Shown: in pieces, positions 51,509 to 61,651 of the stretch | How positions within the stretch are numbered: position 1 is the stretch's first letter | Layout of the letters: each line of letters opens with the position of its first letter | Source: an uncultured bacterium | GTDB lineage: Bacteria > Chloroflexota > UBA5177 > JANWHV01 | DNA: 64,000 nucleotides | Direction: 5' to 3' | Assembly: GCA_963729625.1 (NCBI GenBank) | Contig: CAVSOU010000007.1 | Location: forward strand, 617,705-681,704 | Notes under the pieces: model-generated | What the model saw: only the letters and a program-made list of their open reading frames with translations | Databases searched by the model: none | What the model was told of the DNA's origin: nothing | Made by a program: the position numbers and the translations under genes

Positions 51509-52300
51509 TCAAAGCGCCGAGAGCATCCCACCATCCACGAGCATGCTCTGGCCAGTCACATAGCCCGCCTCTTCCGAGGCGAGAAAGGCTACCAGGGCGC
51601 CGATCTCAGCCGGAGTGCCGTAGCGCTGAGCAGGGATAGCGCGCTCACTGTCGGCACGATACCGATCGTAGCCGACACCCAACGCCTTGGCGCGCGCCTC
51701 GTCGAGCGCGCGCACGCGGTCGGTGTCGATGCGCCCAGGAGATACCATGTTCACCGTGATCCCCATGGCCGCCACTTCCTGCGCCAGCGTTTTCACCACG
51801 CCGAGCAGCGCCGGGCGGAAGGCATTCGAGACCACCAGGCCGGGAATCGGCTGTTTCACCGACGACGATCCGATGACCACGATGCGTCCGTAGCTCCTTG
51901 CCTCCATGCGCTGCACGGCCAGTCGCATTGCGCGCACGGCACTCATGAGGGTCAGCTCGAACGCAGTCTGCCATTGCGCGTCTACCGCATTCAAGAAGGC
52001 ACTGGGCGGCGGACCGCCGGCATTCGCCACGAGGACGTCGAGCCGGTCGAAGCTCTCGTCGAGCGCGCGGAACACTGCCTCGATATCCGCGGCCCGCGCC
52101 ACGTCGGCGGGAACGCCAATGACCTTGCCGCCGAACGAGCGCAGCGCCGCGACGGTCTCCTCGAGCTCTTTCCCTTCTCGCGCGCAGATCACCAGGTGAC
52201 ACCCCGCGCGCGCCAACGCCTGGGCGCAGCCTCGCCCGATGCCTTTCGTCGCCGCCATCACGACCGCGACGCGTTCGTTAGCCCGGCCCACTCCGTCCAC
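51509..52300 (-). CDS. SDR family oxidoreductase
   Basis: AATKGIG, NAGGPP, PGRIDTDR, VDGG. Confidence 0.92.
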   Translation of the reverse strand: MDGVGRANERVAVVMAATKGIGRGCAQALARAGCHLVICAREGKELEETVAALRSFGGKVIGVPADVARAADIEAVFRALDESFDRLDVLVANAGGPPPSAFLNAVDAQWQTAFELTLMSAVRAMRLAVQRMEARSYGRIVVIGSSSVKQPIPGLVVSNAFRPALLGVVKTLAQEVAAMGITVNMVSPGRIDTDRVRALDEARAKALGVGYDRYRADSERAIPAQRYGTPAEIGALVAFLASEEAGYVTGQSMLVDGGMLSAL

Positions 52301-52482
52301 TGTCTTCCTCCTGATCCCTTGGCATGCACACGGCACATGTACGCCGGCAACTCGCCCCCCTCCACACTGTGCCAGACCTTACCGTAGCACGGCACGACAC
52401 CCAGTGCTACGGTACAGCCCCGCGCAGGTTGCCGAGGTCGGGCTTGGGAGAGGGAGGGCTGGTCTGCGGTCTCGTGCGCTGC

Positions 52483-53667
52483 CTACCCACGGCGGAAGGC
52501 CTCAGCGTCGGGCCGGCGCTCCTGCACGAGCCGCGCCAGCGGCCCGTCCGGATCTATGCCGCACACTGTCTCGAACACATAGGCTGGTCCCTGGGTGCGC
52601 AGCATCTCCTGCAGCCGGACGGCGGACGGATCCTGCGCATTCTCATAGCTCAATGCCGCTGCAATGGCCAGGGCCAGATTTCGGGGTTCGCCGCCGTACT
52701 GCAGCACCAGCGAGGCAGGTCCAACCAGGCGATCGTTGCGGCCGAGCTTGCGCAATGGGTCGCGTATCTGGCGCTCCAAGGGGTCCACAATTGTGGGATC
52801 CTGAAACTTGTGCAACGCCTTGGCGGCAAACTCCTCCTGGTCCTCGGCCGTGTATCCATATTTCGCGCATAACGCCATGCCCGCCTCCGCCTGCACACCC
52901 GCGGCAACCTCTAGAACCATCCGATCCTGGGCCGCTTCGCTCAGCAGAGTGTGCCCTCGCAACCAGCCAAGATAGGAGATCGTCGCGTTCGTGGCGTTGT
53001 ATGTGAACAGCTTCCGCTCCAGCGCCCCATAGAATCCTGTGATCGGGGTGAGCCCGAGAACGTCGGGAAGACCCGCCACCAGAGCATCCGCGTCGATCTG
53101 CAGCTGCCAGTAGTCCTGAGCCTGCACCGAGAGCGGATCGGCCGCGCGTTGCTCAGGCGTGGGGTCGATAGCCGAGCGCAGCACCGTAGCTTCGGCGATA
53201 CCTACGTGTGTGTCGAGATAGGCGCGATCTTCGCCGGTTAGCAGTCCTTGCAGTGCGTTGCGGATGATCTCTGCCGGCCGATGGTAGTTCTCGCAGACGA
53301 CCAGGTTGAGGGGAGCGCCCGTGCCGGTCCGGCGGGCGCGCAGGCCGCCGGCCAGATCAGCCGCCACGGCGCCCAGATTAGCGCCGCCGACGGATATGAA
53401 CGCGATCGGCGACCCGGCCAACACCGGCGCCAGATCGGCATCGCCGGCCTGCAGAGCCTTGATATGTCTGACCAACGAGCTTTTCGACGGGTTGCCCAGG
53501 ATGTGCACCATATACTCGCCGCGCTCGTTGATCAGTCGCACCACCTCAGGATTGACATCGACGAAGCAGATGGGGAAGCCGGAGAGCGAGAGCAGGTGGC
53601 CGATATAGCCGCGAGCGATCTTTCCGGCGCCCATCACCACCACTGGAGGTCTGTCAGTTACGGTCAT
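52483..53667 (-). CDS. Mannitol-1-phosphate/polyol-phosphate dehydrogenase-like protein (MtlD family)
   Basis: GAGKIARGYIG, VCEN, ERKLFTYN, RDPLRKLGRNDRLVGP. Confidence 0.88.
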   Translation of the reverse strand: MTVTDRPPVVVMGAGKIARGYIGHLLSLSGFPICFVDVNPEVVRLINERGEYMVHILGNPSKSSLVRHIKALQAGDADLAPVLAGSPIAFISVGGANLGAVAADLAGGLRARRTGTGAPLNLVVCENYHRPAEIIRNALQGLLTGEDRAYLDTHVGIAEATVLRSAIDPTPEQRAADPLSVQAQDYWQLQIDADALVAGLPDVLGLTPITGFYGALERKLFTYNATNATISYLGWLRGHTLLSEAAQDRMVLEVAAGVQAEAGMALCAKYGYTAEDQEEFAAKALHKFQDPTIVDPLERQIRDPLRKLGRNDRLVGPASLVLQYGGEPRNLALAIAAALSYENAQDPSAVRLQEMLRTQGPAYVFETVCGIDPDGPLARLVQERRPDAEAFRRG

Positions 53668-55253
53668 TGCGTGTATCCTTCCATGCTTCTCAGCTTGGCC
53701 AGTTCGGCGAACTGGTCCTTCAACCGCGGGTAGAGGCTCACGTAGATGGCGAAAAGCTCGTCGTAGAGCGCCACGTCCCGTTCCTCCGGATCGACCTGGT
53801 GGTCAGTATGGACCATCGCCGCGGCGGCGTCGAGCGGAGAGGCGTACCAGCCGGCGCCGACTCCGGCGAGGATGGCAGCGCCCAGGCAGCCCGCATCCAA
53901 AACACGCGGCACGAGCAGGGGACGCCTGAGCACACTCGCTTTGATGCGGTTCCAGAGCGGGGATCCAATCGGTCCGCCGGACGCGCGAAGTGAGTCGATC
54001 GGCAAGCCCGTTGCTGCCTCGACGGTCTCGAGCACGTGACGAAGGCTGAACGCGACTCCTTCGAGCATTGCCCGCATGACGTGCGCGTGCCGATGCGCAC
54101 CGTGCAGCCCGAACAGCACGCCGCGCGCTGACGAGTCCCAGATCGGCGCGCGCTCACCGTGTATATACGGCAGGAAGATCAGTCCCGACGAACCAGCCGG
54201 CACCGAGCCCGCCAGGCGCTCTTGCACGCCGCGAATATCTGCCGGCACGCCGAATCCATAGGCGGCCAAGGAGTCAGGCACGAACTGTCTGGCATACCAG
54301 TCCAGCGACCCGCCCCCGGCGGTTGTCACCCCATATACGACGCGCGGCGGGCCCTCAGTCCCTGCCGGCATGTAGGGCGCGAACATCAGGCGGTCGATGC
54401 CGTGAGAAGGAAGCTGCTCGTCCCACGTCATGCCGAGATGGTCGGACGTGCCGCTGATGGAGAAGCCGCTGCCCTTGGCGGCCAGTCCGCTACCGAGCAG
54501 AGCGCAGTTGAAGTCATTCCAGCCGGTGACGACCGGCGTGCCTGGCAGCAGGCCCATCGTCGTGGCGGCGCCCGGTGTCACGGAGCCCATAACATCCCAG
54601 GGCTTGCGCACCCTCGCCAGGAGGTCGAGCGGCAGTTCAAGGGCCTGGAGAATCTCGGTCGCAGGCAGTTCCGTGCCGGTGTGCACGAGCCCACGCCAGC
54701 TCGACGCATCGATTGCCAGCTCTCCCGTTAGCCGGTATGCAACATAGTCCTTGGCCAGGAGAAACCGCCACGCCCGTGCCAGCGTCGCGGGCTCCTCCTT
54801 CTGAAGCCACAACAGGCGTGGCAGAGGCCAGGCGGGCCCTTGAGGAAGGTCGATGCCCAGCGCATCGGCAAGTTCCATGCGTCCGAACCGGCTGTCCAGC
54901 GCCGGCCATGCTTGACCGGATCGCACGTCCTGCCAGGTGACCGCGGGGCGCAACGGCCGCCCCTGCCGATCGACCAGCACGTGCGTGGGGATTTGCCCGC
55001 CAATGCCAACCGCATGGATGCGGGCAGGGGAGACCGCGGCAACGCCCACGACTCGCCGGCACGCCTCACTCGTGGAGCGCCACCAATCCTCTGGATCCTG
55101 TTCGGCCCGTCCGTCCGCCCCGCGCACAGTGGGATACCTGGACCGTTCGCAGGCAATCAGCGATCCATCGCCGGAGAAGAGGCCGCACTTGCAGCCCGAG
55201 GTTCCCAAGTCGATGCCAAGGACCAAAGGCTGAGCGTGCATCTCCTGGTCCAC
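53664..55253 (-). CDS. FGGY family carbohydrate kinase (xylulokinase-like)
   Basis: GIDLGTSGCK, EQDPEDWW, FLPYIHGERAPIWD. Confidence 0.93.
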   Translation of the reverse strand: MDQEMHAQPLVLGIDLGTSGCKCGLFSGDGSLIACERSRYPTVRGADGRAEQDPEDWWRSTSEACRRVVGVAAVSPARIHAVGIGGQIPTHVLVDRQGRPLRPAVTWQDVRSGQAWPALDSRFGRMELADALGIDLPQGPAWPLPRLLWLQKEEPATLARAWRFLLAKDYVAYRLTGELAIDASSWRGLVHTGTELPATEILQALELPLDLLARVRKPWDVMGSVTPGAATTMGLLPGTPVVTGWNDFNCALLGSGLAAKGSGFSISGTSDHLGMTWDEQLPSHGIDRLMFAPYMPAGTEGPPRVVYGVTTAGGGSLDWYARQFVPDSLAAYGFGVPADIRGVQERLAGSVPAGSSGLIFLPYIHGERAPIWDSSARGVLFGLHGAHRHAHVMRAMLEGVAFSLRHVLETVEAATGLPIDSLRASGGPIGSPLWNRIKASVLRRPLLVPRVLDAGCLGAAILAGVGAGWYASPLDAAAAMVHTDHQVDPEERDVALYDELFAIYVSLYPRLKDQFAELAKLRSMEGYTQ

Positions 55254-55491
55254 GACTTCTCCCGTCAGCTTTCTGTTCCGATCCGGGGCGCGCGGCGCAG
55301 CGCATCATGATTCAGCGCCAGTGTCGGGTGCCGATACGAAACCAACATTCGGCACGTCACATTCAGATTCGCGCCACCCGGTGAGGACCACTGTGATCAG
55401 GGCAAGTGCTATGATCACACGCTATGATACATACGGTGACACGGAGCGTGTCGCCTGGCGGGTTGCGACGCGAGTGACGGCAGGATCTTCG

Positions 55492-56448
55492 ATGAGCAGG
55501 CTTGAACAGGTGCAAAAGGCGATGCGACTGGCAGGTCCCGACTATGTGCCGATACTCTTCTACAATGCCGACAGAGAGCAGTCGGACATCATCGTGATCG
55601 AGGTTGAGCGCCACTTCATGGGCGAGGGCAAGGATCAATCGGAGTGGGGCTTCACCTGGGATCGTCGCGATGAGACCATGGGCAAGGTGCAGCAGCCTCT
55701 CGTCATGAGCTGGGATCGGCTCGGGGATCTCGTGGTACCGTCGGCGAGCGACACGACAAGGTTTCAGCAGGTGGCGGCCACGATGAGCCACTTCGGAGAT
55801 CGCTACTATGTCGCCAGTCTCGCGTTGACCGGCTTCACGATCATGTCGTTCTTGCGTGGCTTCGAGAACCTGCTGGTTGACCTGTACGAGAATCCCGAGC
55901 AGGTCGGACGCCTGGCCGACATCGTCTTCGGGTTTGAAGAAGCGATCATTCGCCAGGCAAAAGCCTATGGATTCCATGCGGTGGCGTTCTACGACGATTG
56001 GGGCACGCAACGCAACCTGATCATTTCGCCCAAAACATGGCGGGAAGTCTTCAAGCCCCGCTACAGGCAGCAATTTGATCTGGCGCATCGCCATGGTCTC
56101 GACGTCTACTTCCATTCGTGCGGGTACGTCTACGAGCTCGTGCCGGACTTCATAGAGATCGGAGTCGACCTCCTGAACATCAGCCAGCCCAATCTCTACG
56201 ACATAGAGCGGCTGGGCCGGGAGTTCGGGGGCAAAGTCTGCTTCGTCTGCCCGGTCAGCTACCAGACGACCGGGATATCCGGCACCACGCAGGAGATTTA
56301 TCGGGAGGTCGGCAGACTGATCGAGAACCTGGGTCGTTTCAGCGGAGGCCTCGTGGGCTACGTCGAGGAGTACCACAGCATTGGAATGTCCGACGAGAAC
56401 TACCGCGCATGCATTCGGGCCTTTCAGGAACTGGGACGGTACAGGTAG
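55492..56448 (+). CDS. URO-D family protein
   Basis: LRGFENLL, YDDWGTQ, FHSCG, GVDLLN. Confidence 0.88.
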   Translation: MSRLEQVQKAMRLAGPDYVPILFYNADREQSDIIVIEVERHFMGEGKDQSEWGFTWDRRDETMGKVQQPLVMSWDRLGDLVVPSASDTTRFQQVAATMSHFGDRYYVASLALTGFTIMSFLRGFENLLVDLYENPEQVGRLADIVFGFEEAIIRQAKAYGFHAVAFYDDWGTQRNLIISPKTWREVFKPRYRQQFDLAHRHGLDVYFHSCGYVYELVPDFIEIGVDLLNISQPNLYDIERLGREFGGKVCFVCPVSYQTTGISGTTQEIYREVGRLIENLGRFSGGLVGYVEEYHSIGMSDENYRACIRAFQELGRYR

Positions 56449-56464
56449 GCGTTGGAGTATCCAG

Positions 56465-57190
56465 GTGGATAGCGCAGCCAGAGAGAACCCGAAGGCTCGT
56501 CCTCGCGGCGCGACCCGGACAAGCCAGACTGTCGATGCAATCACGGCTCTGATCGCGCGGGAGGGCTACGGGACGGGCGCCTTGCTGCCGACGGAGCGAG
56601 AGTTGCGAGCCCGTCTCGCAGTGAGCCACACCGTGGTGCGCGAGGCACTGCAAATCCTGGCGGCGCGAGGGATTGTCAGCATCAAGCGCGGCACGGGCGT
56701 GACCGTCGGCAGCCTCACGGCCAGACCGGTGCAGGATTACCTGAGCGTGCTGCTTCAGCACGACCGAGGAACGCTTGCCGAGCTGTTCGAGCTGCGTCGC
56801 ATTCTGGAGGTCGAGACAGCCGCGCTGGCTGCACAGCGCGCCACGCCACAGGATCATGCGGCCATGGCACAGGCCATTCATGCCATGCGGGCGCATAGCA
56901 CGTCCCCTGAGGGATACGTCGACGCCGATCTCGAATTCCATCGCCTTCTGGTGGCCGCCACTCACAACCGCATGTTTGCCACCGTGCTCCAGCCGATCAG
57001 CGGACTGTTGGCTGCCAGCCGCGTTGCCAGCTTCGGTGGCCATCCAGACGCCACACGCACGGTCAACGAGCACGAGGCCATCCTCAACCATGTGATCAAC
57101 GGCAACGCCCAAGGTGCGCGGGCGGCGATGACGATGCACCTGGATTCTACCGAGCACGACATCGAGTCCGCGGTGGCACAAGACGTCTAG
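56465..57190 (+). CDS. FadR/GntR family transcriptional regulator
   Basis: LPTEREL...VVREAL...G.G; FCD domain (DLEFH, EHEAIL). Confidence 0.93.
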   Translation: MDSAARENPKARPRGATRTSQTVDAITALIAREGYGTGALLPTERELRARLAVSHTVVREALQILAARGIVSIKRGTGVTVGSLTARPVQDYLSVLLQHDRGTLAELFELRRILEVETAALAAQRATPQDHAAMAQAIHAMRAHSTSPEGYVDADLEFHRLLVAATHNRMFATVLQPISGLLAASRVASFGGHPDATRTVNEHEAILNHVINGNAQGARAAMTMHLDSTEHDIESAVAQDV

Positions 57191-57289
57191 GCAGCTTGCG
57201 GTCTATACTCTCCACGGCACCGGCTCTCGGGCGCGAGAGGCACGGACCGTGTGGCCAGAACCGACAGCGCATAGCAAGAGGGAGCATGT

Positions 57290-58339
57290 ATGATACCGCG
57301 GACGATGCGCGCGATAGTGATAGAGGCGCCTCACCAGGTCGGCTTTCAAACGGTTCCTGTCCCGTCCATCGGCAAAGGCGAGGCGCTGATCCGCACGGCG
57401 TATACGGGCATCTGCGCCACCGACTTCGAGATCGTCGAGGGCCGTATTTTGCGCGTCCAGTATCCCCATATTCCGGGCCACGAGTGGAGTGGCACGGTGG
57501 CAGCAGTGGGAAGTGCGGACGACGCAGCGCTGGTTGGACAGCGCGTCGTGGGCGAGAATTTCATTACCTGCGGTAGCTGTCTGGCCTGCCGTCAGGGCAA
57601 GTGGAACGAATGCCCGCAGTCCCGGGAAGTGGGATTCCAATTGCCTGGGGGCTACGGGGAGTACTTCGTCACCCGTGCCAGTCACCTGCGCGTGCTGCCT
57701 GCCACGGTGTCTTTCCACGCGGCTTGCCTGCTCGAGCCAACCGCCGTGAGCGTCTATGCCGCCGAACGCACCGGGTTCCGGCTTGGCGACGGCGTGGTGA
57801 TCGTCGGCGATGGGCCGGTTGGTCTCATTTTAGTGCAGCTCGCGCTCATGAAAGGTGCAAGCAGCGTCATCGTGGTCGGCGGCCGAGAGGGGCGACTGGC
57901 TCTGGCAAAGACGTTAGGCGCCGTCGCCACGATCAACTATCACAGGGAGCACGACCTTGTGAGCGCCGTCCGGCGTCTCCAGGCACAGACGGACGTGGCG
58001 ATCGAAGCCTCGGGCAGCCCGAGGGCCTTCGAAGCCGCCTTCGCGATCCTCGCGCCGAGCGGGCGGTTGGGTGTCGTCGGCGCCTACGGCGGCCAGACCG
58101 TAACTCTTGACCCCTCGGTGATCATTCATCGCAATCTGACTATTGTCGGCTCCAACGCCAGCCCAGGCAGCTGGGATGCCGCGCTGGCGCTTGTCGCGTC
58201 AGGGCGCGTCCAGCTGGAGCCCTTGATATCCGGGACCTACAGCCTGGAAGAGTGGGAGCCGGCGCTCGAGGCCGCTCGATCGCACCGCGACGACGTGATC
58301 AAAGTGGTGCTTCGGGTCGGTAGCGAGGAACACGAGTAG
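57290..58339 (+). CDS. Zinc-dependent alcohol/polyol dehydrogenase
   Basis: GICATD, GHE, CGSCLAC...C, GDGPVG. Confidence 0.93.
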   Translation: MIPRTMRAIVIEAPHQVGFQTVPVPSIGKGEALIRTAYTGICATDFEIVEGRILRVQYPHIPGHEWSGTVAAVGSADDAALVGQRVVGENFITCGSCLACRQGKWNECPQSREVGFQLPGGYGEYFVTRASHLRVLPATVSFHAACLLEPTAVSVYAAERTGFRLGDGVVIVGDGPVGLILVQLALMKGASSVIVVGGREGRLALAKTLGAVATINYHREHDLVSAVRRLQAQTDVAIEASGSPRAFEAAFAILAPSGRLGVVGAYGGQTVTLDPSVIIHRNLTIVGSNASPGSWDAALALVASGRVQLEPLISGTYSLEEWEPALEAARSHRDDVIKVVLRVGSEEHE

Positions 58340-58486
58340 AGCGGCCGCCGGGCGAGGCGGCGCGCCCTGGGCGCGTGTCTCTCACATTGACGCCCGTACG
58401 AGCGTGCGGCGCGGATTGCGGTCCGGAAACGAGGAATCTGCCTGATGGGGTCGCGCGCCCCTGTGGCGGGCAGCCGCGGACCCTAC

Positions 58487-58514
58487 TTGACACGCACTAC
58501 GGCAAGCATATACT
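58487..58514 (+). promoter_or_regulatory. Sigma70 promoter
   Basis: TTGACA-16nt-TATACT. Confidence 0.7.
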
Positions 58515-58662
58515 GCAGAGTACGGTCGGTAACGGACCGGTCTGGACGTACTTGTGGCGCGTCCTCGGGCGACGCAGCGAGGCGGTGTGTCCTATGCCAG
58601 ACTCCGCGATCTATCTCGACAATGCGTCGGCGACGGTCTCCACGCCATTGGACGGTTGAGCA

Positions 58663-59703
58663 ATGCCAGACCAATGTCCGAGGTGTGGAGCGCAGAGTGC
58701 TGCCGGCGCAAGATTCTGCCAGCAATGCGGGACTCCGGTGCAGGAGCCGCAAGCGGAACCGACCCCTACGGCAACATCGACGGTGGCTGGTTCGGCGTCG
58801 CCAGTCGCGGATATGCGGGCGCCAAACACGACACCATGGCCAGGCGGGTCCGTGCCCACGAGCTATCGCAGCCCCTACTACATGCCGGCGAGCGTTCCCG
58901 TCCCGCCTGCTCGGCGGCTACAGCTCTTTGCCATCGTCGGATTGACCGCCGGCGTGCTTGGCATCCTCGTCGGCTGTGCCGTTCTTCTACTTAACCATAA
59001 GCCGATCGTGCCGCCGGTCGTTCCGGCTTTGCCGACCGCCACCCTGATGCCGGCGTACGTCCCGAGCCCAACGATTCCCGCGGCGCCCACGCTGCCGCCG
59101 AACCCAACCGCGACGGTTGCTCCGATTCAGCCGTCTCCGCCCGTCAGCACGCCCGGGACACAAGCTACGGTCGTGCCGACCTCGGTGCTCCCCGGGCCTA
59201 CCACGGTACCGCCCGTGCCCATCGCCACCTGCCGCCAGACCGGAACAAGCGTCGTATCAACCACCACGTTCTGTCTTGTGATGCAGTCCGGCTGGAGCGT
59301 CATAGACAAAGACAGCACCACCCTAAGACTCAAAGACCAGGTCAGCACCGGAAACTCGGGCGGGCTCGTCATCTATGCCGCACCGGTAGATGCTCCCACC
59401 ACCGTTCAAGCGGTGCAGCAGACACTCCTCAGCGCGGCCGTCAAGACCTATCCCGATATCAAGGCGTGCGGCAATCCCAGCCAGGTCACGGTGGACGGCA
59501 TCACCCAGACTGCCGAGGTGTACTGTCTGACGTCCACACCTCAGAGCGGCTCGGCGTTCCCGGCAGTTGCGGTATTCTGGGCAGCGACAAACGCTAGCGG
59601 CAGGATCGTCTACATCGTGCAGGTCTTTGCCCCGCTCAGTATCCCACAGGTGACAACCAACGCCGCTCACCTCCTGCAGGGCCTGCAGTGGCTGATCCGA
59701 TGA
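58663..59703 (+). CDS. Zinc-ribbon membrane protein with Pro/Thr linker and extracellular domain
   Basis: CPRC..FCQQCG, single TM, Pro-rich stalk. Confidence 0.82.
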   Translation: MPDQCPRCGAQSAAGARFCQQCGTPVQEPQAEPTPTATSTVAGSASPVADMRAPNTTPWPGGSVPTSYRSPYYMPASVPVPPARRLQLFAIVGLTAGVLGILVGCAVLLLNHKPIVPPVVPALPTATLMPAYVPSPTIPAAPTLPPNPTATVAPIQPSPPVSTPGTQATVVPTSVLPGPTTVPPVPIATCRQTGTSVVSTTTFCLVMQSGWSVIDKDSTTLRLKDQVSTGNSGGLVIYAAPVDAPTTVQAVQQTLLSAAVKTYPDIKACGNPSQVTVDGITQTAEVYCLTSTPQSGSAFPAVAVFWAATNASGRIVYIVQVFAPLSIPQVTTNAAHLLQGLQWLIR

Positions 59704-59773
59704 CAGCGTGTTCTGCGCACCAAACTGGTGACGCGGGCAGTAGATCTCTCTACAAGCAGCACTTGTGCGTCCT

Positions 59774-60448
59774 TCATTGCGCTGGGGTTCCACGGCTGTA
59801 GAATGAGCCACCTGCCCGGGCAAGCTGCCAGGCATGTTCTTCGGTGCATCCCCAACGCTGCACGATTCCGCCGTCTGGGCCTGGATGTACGGCGTGACCA
59901 CGGGCCACCGCGGCACAATCCACCGCGCTCAACACGTTGTCGAGGACCCCGTCACAGAGTGCCATGAGCGCGCGGACGGCCGCTGCTGCCGCCAAAGCGG
60001 CGCCGGTTACACTGCTGCCGCGAACTTCCAGGTCCCGGCGCCACGGCGCGGCATGGGCGCGCTGCTCAATCGCCTGGGCTTCCCGATCGGCCTCCAGGGC
60101 AGCAGACACCACCGCTCTCGCGGCAGCGACCGCCGTGTCGGGCGAAAGCCCCCCGGCTGTCATGGCCCTGGCAACGACGATCGCGTCGCGCACCCGTGCA
60201 TCGCCGGGAAAGCAATCCTCGTACAGCGCCAGCACGTGCTCCGCACAGTCCACGGCGAACTGGCACAGCTGAGGGTCATCCATTCGCAGCATCCAGATTG
60301 CCAGCTGGCTACGGAGTTGCACTCGGAGCTGCTGCTCCTCGGCTACGGACAGGTATTGATAGTCTGACACAGCCACGACCTCTGTGTGGAACGGATGCGC
60401 CCACCCGCCAATGTCGCTCGCCTGCTCGGCGAGTGGCTGGACAGTCAA
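59774..60448 (-). CDS. Hypothetical protein, Imm5-like immunity domain
   Basis: FAVDCAEHVLALYE...DARVRDAI..AR, Ala-rich helices, EHAWQ. Confidence 0.6.
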   Translation of the reverse strand: MTVQPLAEQASDIGGWAHPFHTEVVAVSDYQYLSVAEEQQLRVQLRSQLAIWMLRMDDPQLCQFAVDCAEHVLALYEDCFPGDARVRDAIVVARAMTAGGLSPDTAVAAARAVVSAALEADREAQAIEQRAHAAPWRRDLEVRGSSVTGAALAAAAAVRALMALCDGVLDNVLSAVDCAAVARGHAVHPGPDGGIVQRWGCTEEHAWQLARAGGSFYSRGTPAQ

Positions 60449-60558
60449 GTGTCCTTAGGATTGTCGTACGCCCATCCCTACGACCGGCCTAGGGCCGAGC
60501 GTCACCAGCGCAGCGACGAACGTCACGTGCTGCCCGGCACCGGAAGTCGTCCGTCAAT

Positions 60559-61338
60559 TTACTGCTGTGCCCAGAAGAGAATTCGCTTGAAGGGATAGAA
60601 GAACGGTGTTGCATCCTCCAGGCACGTCATCAAATGCTCACGATAGCGCTGCAGGAACAAGATGAAGAGGTCAGGAGACAAGCGCGCTTCGTAGTCGGTG
60701 AGGAGCGTGCCCTTGACCCACTCCACCACGGCGTCTCGAGAGGAGAGAACGTGCCCGTAGACCTGCAGGCGCACGTGCTGCGTACGGAAACCAAGGCGAT
60801 GCAGCGCCGTGGCGTACTGTTCCGGCGCCAGCACGGGTGAATGGCGCACGTAGCCGCCCAGAGCTTCGCGGAACGGTGGCTCGCCGGCCACGGCCGCGGC
60901 AACGGTGTGCGAGGGATGGTCATGGTTGGCAGGCACCTGGATCGCCAGCTGGCCGCCCTCCGCCAGCGATGCCGCCAGACGGCCCAGCAAGACCTCGTGA
61001 TCGGGCGCCCAATGAATGGCTGCGTTGGAGAATACGAGATCGAAGCACCGGTGCATGGAGAATGCAGCAATGTCGCCCTTCTCAAAGCGCAGTCCGGCGC
61101 CGGCATAGGCTGTGCTCTTGGCCAGCATCGCATCGGAGCTGTCCAGACCGAGGGTCTCGCGCGCCTGCAGGTGGTCATGCAGCAGGCGGGTCACCTCGCC
61201 CGTGCCGCAGCCAAGATCGGCCACTCGCATGGCCGGGCGCGGCCGCACCATAGCCATCAGGTCAAAGAACGGCGCATTCCGCTCCGCTTGAAACTTCACG
61301 TATTGAGCGGGATTCCAGGTGTCCGACCGAGCGGCCAT
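60559..61338 (-). CDS. tam: Trans-aconitate 2-methyltransferase-like protein
   Basis: WNPAQY.KF..ER..PF.DL, DLGCGTG, FSNAAIHW, EWVKGT, PFKRILF. Confidence 0.85.
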   Translation of the reverse strand: MAARSDTWNPAQYVKFQAERNAPFFDLMAMVRPRPAMRVADLGCGTGEVTRLLHDHLQARETLGLDSSDAMLAKSTAYAGAGLRFEKGDIAAFSMHRCFDLVFSNAAIHWAPDHEVLLGRLAASLAEGGQLAIQVPANHDHPSHTVAAAVAGEPPFREALGGYVRHSPVLAPEQYATALHRLGFRTQHVRLQVYGHVLSSRDAVVEWVKGTLLTDYEARLSPDLFILFLQRYREHLMTCLEDATPFFYPFKRILFWAQQ

Positions 61339-61432
61339 GCTGTTCTCGCGTCCTTTCGTCGGACTTGTGTGATAACCGAGAGGATAGTTGTAGTCTAGCA
61401 GGGTCTCTCGGCCAACAGCCCATGCAACCACC

Positions 61433-61651
61433 TCACCACGAGAGTCGCGATGCGGCTTGCTCTGCCCATTCAGCAAGGGTCGCATCGCCGCTCGCGAAGA
61501 GCGCGCCGGTCGGCAGAGGGCGCGGGGACGCGCTAACCAACGCCCTAATCGCTTCACGCATCACGTCGGCTTCTGAGCGGCCAGACGCAGCCGCGAGGCG
61601 GGCGAGGTCCCGCTTGAGGTCGTCGGGCAGGTAGACAGTGGTCTTAGTCAT
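61433..61651 (-). pseudogene. Duplicate RHH antitoxin with altered C-terminus and no downstream toxin
   Basis: Identical to 63122..63343 until ATLAE, then diverges. Confidence 0.75.
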
